A stretch of 64,000 bases of DNA from Tubiluchus corallicola (lineage: Eukaryota; Animalia; Priapulida): contig JAQGDQ010000236.1 of assembly GCA_030141605.1 (NCBI GenBank), positions 248,001-312,000 on the forward strand, read 5' to 3'. Of this stretch, positions 47,208 through 60,700 are shown piece by piece (position 1 is the stretch's first letter; every line of letters begins with the position of its first letter). The notes under the pieces are model-generated. The model saw only the letters and a program-made list of their open reading frames with translations. It did not search any database and was not told where the DNA came from. The position numbers and the translations under genes were made by a program.

Positions 47208-50200
47208 ATGACTAAATTTCCATGTTCATTTTGTAGTGACGAATGTAAATTTAATCAATGTTCAATATTATTCAACACTTGTTTTCATTCGCGACATTTA
47301 AAATGTTCAACCTTATCATTAATCGATATTCACAATTCAAGTAGTAATGAGCCTTATTATTGTATGAATTGTATTAGTTCTTTACTTCCATTTCAGGGTT
47401 GTGATGACGAGGATTTTTCAGCTACCTTCAGCACGAGTGATTCAATCTACTTTTAAACCTATCTTGTACTAATCTTTCTTCATTTCTCCCACCTTTAAGT
47501 GAAGATTTTCAAGATCCAGATAACTAACCAATTCAGTACTGCTGTAAGTATTATCCTCTAAATGCCTTGAAACACTAAATTAAGACTTAACACACGTGGC
47601 TTTTGTTTTGCTCACATGTATGCATGCAGCTTTGGCCATTATTAAGCTGAGGTTCTCGAAGTTGTAGATCATTTTCCAAATCCATCTGAGATCATTGCCA
47701 TTACTGAAACCTGCTTGCATAATTACACACCATTTTTCATTGACATACCTGAATACTCATTTCTCAAAAAAGACACAACTACTGCTGCTGGTGGGGTTGG
47801 CCTGTATGTTCGGAAAAACCAGGATTTTAAAATCATCGGTGACATAAAATTTAATTGCAAACAGCTATATTGTAACCCACCTCACTCGCGACCAGCAAAA
47901 TAGTAGTTGAAGACATGTGGCTAGATATAAAAACTGGAAAAATAAAGCTCCTATTTTATTTGGTTTTATACACAGGCACCGAAACAAGCCTATTAATTAT
48001 TCATCTGGAAGGGTGGCTTTTGTATGTGGGATATGAATGTTAACCTTTTTCAACATAATAACAGTGGCGGCTCGTGTGTAGGTACTGTGACGCTGCAGCA
48101 CCCCTTGTTTTCACTCATTATTATCGATAATATTCAATATAATCTTTGTTCTTTAGTTCTTTCTTCATACTTGTGCAGAACCGGTGCACGTGAGGGAAGT
48201 ACAATTTGCTTCGCAGGCCAAGTAACACATCGTTTGGCTGCTGTGCATATGCGGCCATGTCCACATGTCTGAGATAAGACGTTGTACTTTAGGTAGAAAG
48301 AGTACTGTCACTCACTGCAGCACGTGTTGTCAGTTGTCATGTGCTTAAAAGCCGTTTATCAGCAAATTCTTGAATTGCAACAATTTAGGCTATTCGTAAG
48401 AAAACAATATCAATTTTTTTAGGAGTTTATTAAGGTTATGTTTAAATTGGTTTGTTTGTTTAAAATTACAATTACAACATTATAATTACACAGTATTTAA
48501 ACATTGGCTAAAAATTTTTTATTTTGCAGCACCTGCACTAATTTTAGCTATGAGCCACCACTGCGTAATGATATTGCCTCTGTTGCCAACTATACAAGTA
48601 TGGTCCATGTGCAAATAGGTTTCATCCAGTTATCACACAACCAACACACATTCTCAAACTCTAATTGACCATATTTATTACTCACATGTTTCAAAATACA
48701 ATCACTGCAGGCATTCAACATGAAGGGACCGACCATTTGTCTGATTTGCCATTGTCACATCATTTCATCTGTGTGAAAATAGGTCAAATGTGCAAATAAT
48801 GGATACAAAAACTTGATCTTAGCTAACTTCCTTCAATACTTGGATCAATAACTTTCAAGTTTCTGCAATAATCAACTTAATGTGAACGATGCCCTTTCCT
48901 ACCTCACAAGGAAACATTTAAAAGCACTCTTAGTAGACATGCTTCAATTCACAACTAAGTAGAAAGGGATCAATATCCTTCCAAAAATCTAGTATTACAC
49001 CAGGTATTTTAAGATCTATTAGAAACAGAAGCAAGTAGAAATCACATAAGCTTTCTAACTCGACGTTTTATAAGACTTATTCGAACAAAGTAAATCATGT
49101 CAAACTGAAATCCAAAAAAGAATATCATAACCACTAACCACTTTTTGTTGAATACATTAGTAATACTAAAACGAACTTGGACTACTATCAATAAGTCGTT
49201 GAAAATCAAAAAAACAAAGCACGGGTAACGCCTTCCTGTGCAGATGATAACGGCCGTACCGCAATTGATTTCTGCTCGATTGCAAATAAGTTCAAAAACA
49301 TTTTCCAGTCTGTAGGCATTAATTTGGCCAATAAAATTCCATCTGCCACCTGATCTTGTCAGCCATATTTAAATGCTCTAAATGATAAATCTGTTTTCGA
49401 TATTATTCAGCATTATATTCTGATAAACAAACTAAATTGCTATGGAATCAGAGGTCCTATCCTGGATTTCCTTAAATCTTATCTTTCTTATCGAAAACGG
49501 TTTACCAAAATTAACAAAACTTGTTCTGATATGCTGGATGTAAAATTTGCTGTACATCAAGGTTCCACTTTGGGACCACTGCTTTTCCTTATTTACATTA
49601 ATTATCTTCCTTTTGCTTCAAGTTTTAACACACGTCTTTTTGCTGACGACACAAGCCTTTCCCTTACATCCTCTAATTTATTAACATTACAACAGCATAC
49701 TAACAATGAGTTGACCAAGATTCATAACTGGATGGAAGAAAACAAATTATCTGCTAACTACTCCGAAACTAAACACATGTTAATTAGTAGCAAACATTCT
49801 CAACATGATTATTCCACTTTTGATCTTAAAATTGGTAAGATATCTCCATCTCAAGACAGCATTTAATACCTTGGACTACACATACATAGTAATATGAAAT
49901 GACCAACGCACATTTCTACTATAACAACTAAATTAAATAAAACTGCAAGTATTTTTGCAAAGCTAAGACACTTTACTAATTCAAATATTTTGAATATTAT
50001 TAACTTTGCCTTTGTGTATCTGTACTTCCAGTACTGCGTGTTGTTGTAGTGGCAAACTAAACGATACATATTGCAACCATTAGTGTCATTGCAGAACAAA
50101 ATAGTTAAATCTATGACCTTTGCTAATTACAGAGACCACGCAACACCATCCTATTTACAGCTTAAGGTAATGAAAATCGAAGCTACATCTACAAACTCGA

Positions 50201-50490
50201 ATTATTCAAATAAATGTACAAATTCATCAACCACCAATTACCTGAACTTTATGCTAATTACTTAACTTTAATCCACAATGTTCAATTGTTCATTCGCACT
50301 ACACCAGATCTTCTAGTAGAGGTCACTTTTTCAAAAACGATTTAATACAACTTATGGTTTTAGTTCATTACAGCACAATGAAGTTATATTATGGAACAAT
50401 ATGCCTCATAATATAACTTCTTCTCCTTCTATAATTGTAGCTTCTAAACCCTACAAGAATTTTTTAATCAGCAAATATTCTTCCGTGTAG
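47208..50490 (+). mobile_element. Decayed CR1/L2-group LINE ORF2 (PHD finger, AP endonuclease, RT)
   Basis: FPCSFC...HLKC...YYCMNC (PHD); EIIAITET, GGVGLYVR, DMNVNL, LIDHIY (endonuclease); QGSTLGPLLFLIYIN and LFADDT (RT). Many stops and frameshifts, an internal deletion near 49390, and a hAT MITE insertion. Confidence 0.88.
48062..48563. mobile_element. hAT-type MITE nested in the LINE
   Basis: TIRs CAGTGGCGGCTCGT / ATGAGCCACCACTG; 8-bp TSD CATAATAA/CGTAATGA. Confidence 0.78.
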
Positions 50491-51711
50491 AAGTTTTTTT
50501 TATTCATGTGTGTCTATTTGCAAGAGTGTCTTTTTTATACTTGTGACTTTACAATTTTATTTTTTGCTTATATAATTAAATAAATTATACAAGCTATATT
50601 ATTTAATAATTTGCTGTTAATTCTGCATTGGCTCAGCCAGATTTTCTTGTCATCACACCCTGCCTCAGTAATTTACTGCTAAATGATCTTTTTAAGCAGT
50701 ATCAACCCAATTGCTCACATGGTATTTATCTAATTATTGCAGTTTAACTGAAAATGAGTCTCATTAACATTGATAGCAGACCTTTATAGGTTGAAGTTCT
50801 CTTGTTTGACTATTTTTTCAACTTTCGTTTTCTTCCAAACAGTGGTATTCTATTTGCAAATTAATTCTCAAATTACTAGAGCTTTGTTCGATGCCTCTTC
50901 TACTGAAAAGCTGCATAAGCTGTATAATTTTTGAGCAACAATGTAAAGGTTACAGGAATATAATATTATGTGTGTGCTTGATTGCGTGCGTGCATTCGTG
51001 CGTGACTGCATGCGTGTATGCGTGTGTGCGTACGTGCTATATAAAATTATGTACTATATGCAAACTAAGTATTTCTCATTACAGATATTACTTATTTTCT
51101 AATCTCAATATTTTCTTCCTCCTTAATAATTAGTCATGTTTATTTAATGTATATACAAAAATTAACCTTCTCTCCTCATAAGTATTACCGTTACTATCCT
51201 CTTCAGTTTTGCTCGTAAGTTGATATATCAAATTATTGATTAATTCAGTTTAAATTACTCATAATTTCTTTATTCTAATAATTATTATGTCTTGTTACAT
51301 TAGTATAATAATAGTAGTTACGTAATTCTCCTCCAGACAATGACAATCGGTGTGTGTAAATGACCACTTGATCCTACACTCCCTCACACAAACCACATTT
51401 GCTCATTGATTAACTGTAACTGTGTCCTAGTTTTATGTGTGAAATAAAATATCATAGTCATGGTTCAATCGACAATTATTTTGTGGAAAAATATGGGGTT
51501 TCTATGAGCGCACTCGCTTTACCACTAATTACGACAGTATAACAGTATAACAAGCTTCAGCAAGCACAATCAAGCCAGCTGACGATTATAATAATGTAGC
51601 TGGCTAAGTGCGTTTTCGGTGCGCCCACTGAGTCTGTGCGTTTAGCGATCTACAGACGAAGAATATGGCAACTTACAGAGAATTGTGAATTTATAATGAA
51701 AATTGCTTGTA

Positions 51712-54700
51712 ATGAGTATATTTAATTGGGGCAAAGGTGGGTATATAAATGTGGCTCTAGTCGGACCCCGATTTTGTGTCGTACACAAAGACACTGAGCT
51801 GGATAAATCTTGCGCTGGGATCGTGTAATTTAATCTCGTTTGTGATTATTTTATTTTTAATTATTCAGGTTTTGTGTTTTTATTAGTTCTTTGTAGTTGT
51901 TGCATAAAGTATGATTTCTGAAGAGGACATAATTTCTTATTAGATTTAAGTAGGCTATTTAAGTAAGTAAATAACTTGCACAAATTTATATTTTTGCAAC
52001 GTTGCGTAATTGTATTTGTTGTATTTTGCATTTGTCTTGTGCTTTGTTTTTTGTAATTAGAATTTTTTGCCATGGTGCATTATTGTATTTGTGCAATAAA
52101 CTTGTATTGAATTGAGCGTTTTCATATCATATCATCATATCACATTCAAATTCGATGATGTTAGGTCTTAGATGTTAGGCATATCTAACTGTTGATCGAT
52201 CATAACTGTCAGCACTTTAAAAAATTTTAAGTGGCACAGCCTCAGACTATATCGGCAGTTCAGCCATATACTGTATCAGTATATTGTCTAGTTTGGATAG
52301 AGGATTATGGATATAGGATTATACTATATGGAGTTTGGAGAGACTACATTCTCCGGGAGGTTGTTCCAGTGATCTACAACCGTCAAGCTGAAGAAGTTGT
52401 GTCGTGTAGCAGTGCAATTATACCTTTTCTTTAACTTTTATGAATGTCCCCTAGTTCATGTCTGATAATCTCTTTGCTGGACCATGCAAGTTTATGAATT
52501 CTATGTATAAATTTGTGTACTTCTATCATATCGTCTCGGACCTGTCTGTACCGCATACTAATCAACCCTAAAGCGTTTAGATCAGGGATGTGCAAATTGC
52601 GGCCTGCCGAGAGATATTCAAAAGAAAATATTTTTGAATTTTCATATTCAAAAGAAAAAGTCATCAGAAAATTTTGTTGTGGTTTCAATTTTTTAAGACA
52701 TTCTTGTTTGTTTGTCAGTCTTTATTCGAACAATTATTCAATTTTTTCAAACAGTTATTAGTAAATACCACTCCTGGTTTTTTTTTGGTTTTAAACCTTT
52801 TTACTTACAGTTTTATCCACTTTGTAAGTCATTAAAAATGCATCGTTGAGGACTGTGAATTAGGACAAACAGCTGACATATTTTAAATTACATGTTAATT
52901 TAGGTTCATTGTCAAAAGATGAGTTGGACCAGCAAGCTAATATTCGAAAAACTTTGACGCAAGAACTGGCTCGATGTGTGAAACAATTACAGCAAGAGCA
53001 AATTGGTACTGATGAACCAGTCTATAGGCATGTTATTTTAATAATAATTCTGATGTTCAAGCAAAGAGTATTATGCAAATAGTTATTGCAAGAGTAGATT
53101 TTCCTGGTACTGAAGCATGCAAGTCTGCTTAGTTAATTAATTTATTATTTATTAGGCACAAAAATAAATATATACATTTTATGCAGGAGTAAATATAAAC
53201 AGTAAAATTATATAGCCATGATCAATACGAAGGTTGTGCCATGGATGACAGCAAAATTGATGATCAACAATTTTGTTTACACATTTTCATTATATTGCGG
53301 TTTGAAGTGTAACATTGGTGTGTGTTTCTGTAATTTTTGATCAGTTAACGTGTTGTCAAGATTGTATTCTGTTGTAACGGTATTTCAGTATTATTTTTAA
53401 GGATGCAATAAGCACATTATTATTAAATTTTGGAACCAAAATTAGTTGAAGAGTCTTGAGGTTTGAATTAAGATCTCTAATGGTCACCGGGGCAGAGTGG
53501 TCATCTTGTATATGTTGTAAGCAAAATATCCTTGGTTCAAGTCCATCTCGATGGTTTCACATTTCCTTTCTTTCAAACAAGTTTCATTTCTAAATTTAAT
53601 AATTGTGGTTTCACCCCATCATATCTTACAAATGCTTTATAATAACAGTGAACATAAATTAATTTCAGTAGTTGAACTCATCTGTAAACCTTTTCATTTT
53701 ACAAGCACGGAATCCAATACTTAGACACAACTTAATGTTGATGGTTGTGGGCTTGTGGCAAGACTGAAACCTAGCTCATCATTGAAGGTCATATACTATA
53801 CTGTCAGAGGTATCTTAGCCACATTTTGTTGTGTGTAAATTCTCCTGTAGCTGGCAGATAATTGCCGAGAAGCAGTTGTCTCGCTTGTCCTGATGCTCGC
53901 TCTGAGTCACTCACCTATTTGCAACCCGGCATGGCTTTGCTTTACTTCAGGTGCATTTAGCTATTTGCTTCATTTCACAGCAATGTCAACAAGAGGAAGG
54001 TCATAATGATTTTTTTGTCTGAGATTGTAGAATGGGATGTAAGGTACAGGAACAAGTAAATGCATCATACAGTACCACACTTAGTAATTTATAATGGTTG
54101 GCCAGCTATATGGGATGAACTTTCGACTGCCTTGTCCACTAGGCAATGCAGTGACCTAGTGGTTAAGGCATCTGCAAATTAAACAGGAGGCCTCTGGTTC
54201 AAGTCCAAGCTGCATCTCACTGTTTTCACGTTTCATGTCTTTCGTGTTTGGTGTCAAAATTTATCAATTGTGGATTTGTAACATCTTTAACACTAAGTTA
54301 TGTTAACTTCTTCAGGACCTCACCATTTAAAATAGGTCTCATAGGACCTATGGTTTTTCTGCTACTGTATGAACACAGACACAACTAAATGATTACAAAA
54401 TAGGTACTGTTCCATTCAAGAGAATCTCGGCTATCCAATCATGCAGTTTCTTTAAACATTTATAAGTGCTTTAATTGGATAAAATTAAAATAAACACACC
54501 CTTTTGAGGCACTCCAATTTAGCTTATTGAATAGCTTAGTGTGGCGTACACTTTCATGATCGTACACACTATTTTATTGATTGGTTGCTCGTTACAGCCC
54601 AAGAGAGCCCTCTGCTATACAAATTTCCAGGAAGAGCCAATTGATCAACCAAGGAGGAATTAAGATTTTAATAGGAATTTCCCCTTAAAAATAAAGTAGA

Positions 54701-57700
54701 TTTGAGGCCAATTTGTTGTGTCTGGATAGTTGAAATTTTCTGCGTTAGCCGATTTCACACAAGTGATACTTTGCATTGTTGCAGTGCAAACACTGCAGTT
54801 ACTGAAAGTTTATTCAATTTTTTATTCTAAAATTGATTATTAATTTGTCTAAGGTAAAGAAATGCATTTCACATATAATTTTACATGAACGTTCATTGTG
54901 TGAAGAGTAGAAACCTACAAAAATTATCAAACATTACATAATTGCTGCATAGTGAAAGCAGTTTTTCATAAACTATGCAAAATGCAGCAAACGTTTACTC
55001 TCCTAAAGGAGTTAATTAGTGATCTTATATTAATGTTAGTCATGTGTCACAGTACTAAATTATAGCTTAATTTAGCTCTTTCTGTTTAGTGGTGATGCAG
55101 CAAATGCAGTTTGTAGCACATTAGAGGCCACATTTATCCATGGTTTGAAAGATTCTTTCTACAATAAAGCTTCCTCACTATTAATTGGTGGAGAGCGGGT
55201 GCCTGAACCGGTAAGTCCCATAGCTTAGTGGTTAAGCAGAGATTGGAAATTTTTTTACAAAGAATACTCATAGTTGTTTAAATAATCACTTTTAATGTTT
55301 GCACTTGCACTTGTGATATATTGTTACGTAAGTGTATTCCATGTGTAGAAAATTTTTTTTCGAAAAAAAGGTGTTGCTAGTTCAATAAAGCTAATAAATT
55401 ACAGTCAATTACAGTTAATTAATAAAATAAGTTATACAGTTTTCGCCTGTATAAGTGGGATATTTTCCTTACCAAAACTTCATGTTCTTAAATCAAGAGA
55501 AGTAGTGCATATGCTGCATTATTTATTGGACAAGTTCTTCTAAACATACATTTTCTTTAAATGTTGCTGGTTTAATAAAATCAATGATGCCACTTTTTCA
55601 TTGATTTTTTGATTTTAAAATACTGGAGTGTACCTTTAATGCAATAGAAAATGCAATAGTGTGCTAGTGTGAAAGGTGCAGTAAGTGCTTTTTTTTAACA
55701 GAACGTGTGTCAAAATGAATACTCTGTTACATATATTTATTATTACTTTATCTTAAAATATTTTATTTTTGAAATTTTCATCATTGATGTTTTGCAGTCA
55801 TTTTGGGGATGCGTATCAGCTTTTACTCACAAAGATGTGCTTTCCCAAATATATCATCTTAGCCAGATAAACACTGAGATTGGTTATTGTCGTGTAAGTA
55901 TGCTTGCTTGTTTGGTAATACAAGCAAGAATAAAATTAAGATAAAAACAGTCGTCATCCTTTTCAAAGCAAATCGACTTTGGAGTATTTATTTACTTCAA
56001 AGATTCTTCCTTAGTGCTAAATCCAAGTTATAATATTCAAAATAAAAATTAGTTATAAAAAACATATCGTTCTGTATACAGCTATCAGTATAAAACATGA
56101 ATGAATATAAGAATGAATAAAACCAGCAGAAATTCGTGCTTTTTATTCTAATTTTCATTTCTTGTTTTATAACTTTAGGTTTACTCACTGATGATGGAAT
56201 TTCCTAGTAGATGAATACCCTTTATTCCATTTAGTTTAAAAAAGACTGTTTTTATCTTAATTTTTATTTGGACCGGTTGGAATTATTTCACTATTCTGAA
56301 TCTTTACTTTCAATAGTTAAAAACCTTAAGGTTGATAAAGGAAGTTGGTTTTATAAATGTATTTTGTTGTGGTATTCTTGCATTACTAAGATCATTTCTC
56401 TGAATAGAATTAAGGGGTAGCATTAATAAATGAATAAAAATGAATTAATAAATTGCTGAGTTAATTAATTTGTATCTGATATGTATTATACTTATTACTT
56501 TATATTAAATAATAAGTTGAAATTCTAACATCATAAATGTATAAATAAATTGAACAGTGCATAGAAAAGTAGGAATTGTAGTACAGCCAATAACGTGTAT
56601 AATATCAAACGTAGAATTCTAGTCAGTGGGACAAATTTGACAATTGCTGCAAAATTCATGTAATCTGCTTTTCAATAATTCAAATTGAAAGCGTTCATAT
56701 TGTTTTTCGCAGAATCGATTTAAAAGCTTTACTACATAATTTTAGATATTAGTTCTATCCTACCATGTTATCCTGCCATGTAAAACATTGAAAGGCAAGT
56801 TGGTTTTTTTTTTGCAGAAATGGTTACATTAAGGAATCATTATTGTCTTAAAAGCCCACCTTTGTCAGTTTTTCAATGATCCTTTCGTTATTTTAGGATT
56901 CTTATGCTTTGTTTAGCACTGCGAGAAATATCATTAATTAGAGACGGCTTTCTAATTCAGTAAGTACGAGAGTGGGTGTTCTGATTCTGCACATTTTTTG
57001 CCAATTGTTTTTTGTTTAATTATGTCAGGTTTGGATTCGCATGGCTGTGAATGATGGACTGATAGATAGCTACATTGATTCACTATTGTCTGACCAAGAA
57101 TGCCTTAGGTGTGTTTTTTTTACAACTTGACATTCTGTTAGTGGAGTTCTAGAATTCACTTAGCAAGAGCTGCCTAAGCTAGACTGGTGGCATGACTGGA
57201 CTCTCTTATTTCAAGGATAATCTTGTACTGTAAGACACTGAGCCAGCATATGTACCTTATCTATGTTTGGATGCATATACATCCTCCCTCCATGATTAAA
57301 AGAAGGGGTTGTATGACCGGTGAAACTGTCTAAAAGGCATACCCACCCACTTACTATCCAGGTTTAGCTTCAACTTTGATCGCTAAGCACATTCCTTGAC
57401 CAATTGACTGCTTCTCTCCTCTAATAGTAATTAAGTTGTCATAAATAAATAGTCTTCAATACACTATGTATTATGTAGGTTGTACGTGTTTGATTTAGTT
57501 ATGCTAAACTAATTGAATGGTTGTGTCTAAACAAAGCAATACTGTGTTTATGTTAGTATTTAAGTGCCAATTCGTTTAATTGCTATCTCTTTGCCTTTAT
57601 GTTTTGCTTGCAAAATTACTGTAGTCTAGCTGTTTTTTTATCTTGTGGAACTTTATTTTCAAGCCACCAGCCTTCGTCATCATTCTTCTTGTTGTTACCA

Positions 57701-60700
57701 GTGCTTACTGTTTCATCTTACTTTGTTTTTTTAAATTCCATATGGCTCACTAAAACTGAGCATGAATGTACTTTATTGGTAGAGCTGGCCTTTTTTTATT
57801 TCTCCATCGAGAAATTTGTAAAAAATCTATGGGATATGATTTCTACATTTTATGTTTTGTAGACTTTACAGATCAGAAAAAACTTTGAAAAGTAGCTTTG
57901 GTTTGATGAACTAAGTGACTATAACAAGAAAGATAGTGGAGCATTTCATATAATTTTCGTTGCATTCTTTGTTTATATATGCCGAGGCACAAAGGAAAAT
58001 TTGTGTGCTTGCATAGCAAAATCGTTCATAAGTCGGCAATTAATTTTTTCTGGTTATTCACATATTTTGAATCTCCATTTCGTGAGAATCATTTTGATAT
58101 CAAGCTCAGCACTCTATGTTATTTCTAAGCTGAGATAATCCACATTGAAGTTCAGGTGTATGCTACATGCTGAGAAAATCGCTGTTAAAGTTAACCATTG
58201 CTTTTCGTCCCGTTTCTATAAAACACTTAGCAACCGCACCATTGTTGGTTGCTATGGACTTTGCAAAAACACAATGATGTTATGTTTAAATCGAGTAAAG
58301 TTTGCAAGCACACATATGTGCTTAAAAACCACCAGGTAAAATTTAAAGTAAGCTTGTTTACTATGTGTGGTACCAATGTTTTTGCAGGTATTTCTACTCA
58401 CGATGGGCATACCTTCGAGACACTGAAGAACCAGACATCATGAAAAATGTCTTGCAAGGTTTGTAACAAAAATCACCTATGTGTATTAAGAACAAAGTGT
58501 TGCTAACTTCACGCAATGTTTCAGAATTGCTTGTTCTCATTTAGAACGAGAAGAATAGCCAAGTGGTTGCTGTGTTTGCTTAGTTGTCAAGTGAAGCATT
58601 TCCAAGTCTGTGGAGTAAACGGATGCTTGATGGCAGAACGACTTCTGCACATTTTGAATGCCATGCTGCTTCAGGTTGCCTTTCCATCAAAGTAGATTGT
58701 CCATACATCTGAGCATTGTTATGACATTTCAATGTTTGAATGTCTTAGGGGATTCGAGTTTGTAATGACCTAAGTTTTTGTCCTGCCACATCCATTCAGC
58801 ATTAGTAGTAGACCCTGCTACTAGGTTTTGAATTCTAACTTGTAGTGTGTCAAGTATATCTCATTTCTAAGGTTTTAGAGTCATTTATAGGCTTGATTTT
58901 AAGTGTAGAAAAATAAAACTCTGTTTGCTTTTAACCTAGTTGGATTTTCAATATTTGATTGTAATTGTCTTTGTGAAATTGTGTTGATATTGCTTTTTCG
59001 AATTATTCAAGATGTTTTGAGTCGAATGTCATTATTAAGAAATTTTCCAGGATTTTTTTCTGCAAGGTTTGAGTGCTATTGCTTTTGAGCGTTAATATGT
59101 GCTTTAGGCCGAACTGATTTACTTGAAATTAGATTAGTAAGTGGGGCTTAAGGGGTTTACTATGGCCTGATAGGGTATTATACCTTGAAAGTTTTAATAT
59201 AGATTTAGGGGATCTTATTGTAGATCTAGAGGGCTTATGGCCTTGAAGGGTTTACCGTAGACCTCGTGGGGTTTATTGCAAATGTTCAGCAGTTTACTGT
59301 AGGTCTTTAGGGTTACTATGTATGTTAAGGAAGCATTTGCTTATTAAATTTAAGAGAATTTCATCACAAAATTTCCGAGAAGCTGCAATTAGTAAATGAA
59401 ATAGAATGCTTAATTAATAAGTTTTATTGACAAATTGTCTGTAAAGTATTATATAGTGCTGTAGTGGATCATTCTGTTTCTATGCCGCACTAGTGGTTGG
59501 ATGCTGTGACTTCAGATTTTTGAAGCTTATTACATTATTAGCATGAATGTTATGAATTGTCCATTTTGACGATAACTCAAGGAGGAAATCGTAGTTTTTG
59601 CCACCGGCTTTGTGAAATAGATATGGTGCATTTAGGTGACACATGACAAAATGTCCTGTTGCAGAATGTGCACGTGATCATCCAGTAAATTTAGTGCAAT
59701 TAATTTCGGAAAGACATGTTTTGTTGCTGCCGAGCCGAGGAATAATTGTGAGCGCACAAAACTAACTGCATCTCAGCACTGATCCTGGTTAAATTGTTTA
59801 GTGCTTATGTTGCAGTTGCAAAAGTGATGCTTTGTTTTTCTCTATTTTCAGGCTTATTACATTTCAAGTTCAAGTTGGCCTACAATTCTAGTATCTTGAA
59901 TCAGTGGACTGCTACACCATTATCTTTGGCAGGCATTTGGAGGCCTGCAGTTATTTCTCCTAAAGGTTTGTAGTACATAGTCAGTGTAATGAATGGCAGA
60001 TGTCGTTGTTTACTTATTTATTAGCACATCTAATAATAAATAAGTAAACTATTCCTAGAAACAAACCATGTTACTTAAATACAATAAACCTTTTCGCACT
60101 TTCGTTGTATGCACGCGCAGCCGCTGTAGCTCATAGGTTAAGTGTACCACAGCAACGCGTCTTAATTACAAACGTCATGTGATCTCTGTGTAAAGCAAAG
60201 CTGTCTGCTGCATCAGTTAGGTAACTTTTACGTGGTCTTTACTTAACTATGCATTAGTCCTTGTGTAGAGTGATTTACTAGCAGGATCTTGCTTGGGAAC
60301 AAGGAAAAATGAACTAGGTAAGGCTCTGTCCAGCTGTTAAAACTGTTACTATTACAACAGCATGGGCTGCAAGGGCTTGTCAAGTGTACACAAATGCGTT
60401 ATTTGGTACACTAACCTTTGACCTATTGATGGTCAGTCGCTGGTACTGTGAAAAGGTTTATTGCTATTATTCAGCTGACGTAAGAGGTAATACTGTATTC
60501 AGTAAATCAGACCAGTGAAAAGGAAACTCAGTGATTAAAAGATAATGTTTGCTTTGCTGGTATATTAGTGATTATTAGTTCTTTGATGACTTGGGGCACT
60601 TCACATTTAATTCCAAAAAATTGTGAATTCAGTTAAACCAGTTGCAGTGGCAACGTCTGTACCTGTTGAACGATCACATAACAGAAAAGTTGATACCACG

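Noticed and set aside
54145-54220. tRNA gene
   Set aside because: A and B boxes are present but the acceptor and anticodon stems do not pair; better explained as a SINE remnant.
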